DNA from: Patescibacteria group bacterium
GTDB taxonomy: Bacteria; Patescibacteriota; Microgenomatia; UBA10105; UBA927
Length of the DNA: 63,128 nucleotides
Direction of reading: 5' to 3'
Assembly: GCA_023379025.1 (NCBI GenBank)
Contig: JAMCTH010000007.1
Coordinates: forward strand, 1 to 63,128
Positions 63,114-63,128 of the stretch are shown here, piece by piece. Position 1 is the first letter of the stretch, and each line of letters begins with the position of its first letter. Below the pieces are notes generated by a model. It was not told where the DNA came from, ran no database searches, and saw only the letters and a list, made by a program, of their open reading frames with translations. A program made the position numbers and the translations under genes.

Positions 63114-63128
63114 CCTCTATCTCTACAA
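63099..63128. repeat. Inverted repeat, outer copy, truncated by the window edge
   Basis: CACGACCGACAACAACCTCTATCTCTACAA. It contains the giant ORF's candidate start codons on the minus strand and encodes TTDNNLYLY on the plus strand. Confidence 0.9.

Overview
This is a 63.1-kb bacterial fragment that looks GC-rich by eye. I infer a Candidate Phyla Radiation (Patescibacteria)-type genome; no taxonomic search was run.

**rRNA region.** The window opens inside a 23S rRNA gene split by two group I introns. One intron carries a LAGLIDADG endonuclease ORF and the other a four-helix-bundle 'IVS protein' ORF. A 5S rRNA follows.

**Housekeeping and accessory genes.** Housekeeping genes include S1, radA, a PIN/TRAM protein, rho, a LysM-M23 peptidase and two tandem tRNA-Ala. 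Small accessory genes include RelE/Phd, VapBC, Fic, a DUF4143 ATPase and a decayed AbiEii-like remnant.

**Envelope-glycosylation island.** This dominates the window:
- 13 large polytopic GT-C-like membrane proteins plus a Wzy_C/TPR protein, about 25.7 kb or roughly 41% of the bases
- an Arn-like sugar-activation module (aminotransferase, acetyltransferase, two GT2 enzymes, two methyltransferases)
- three type IV pilin-like genes, one of them frameshifted
- a RAYT-type Y1 transposase bracketed by inverted REP-like repeats
- a 2,986-aa glycine-rich/LamG surface-protein gene

**Most unusual signals, all read directly from the sequence:**
- Several families of palindromic or foldback elements and 8-bp-period cassettes sit in frame inside coding genes, in both orientations, much like Rickettsia palindromic elements.
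- A tRNA-Ala-like acceptor/T-arm minihelix lies antisense inside the giant ORF.
- A perfect 30-nt inverted repeat brackets the giant gene's N-terminal module and runs off the window edge, so a divergent paralogue or an inversion switch is possible.
- A group I intron at the L2593 site carries a four-helix-bundle ORF instead of a homing endonuclease.

No CRISPR array, reverse transcriptase or prophage was seen. All family assignments come from motifs read by eye; no database search was run.
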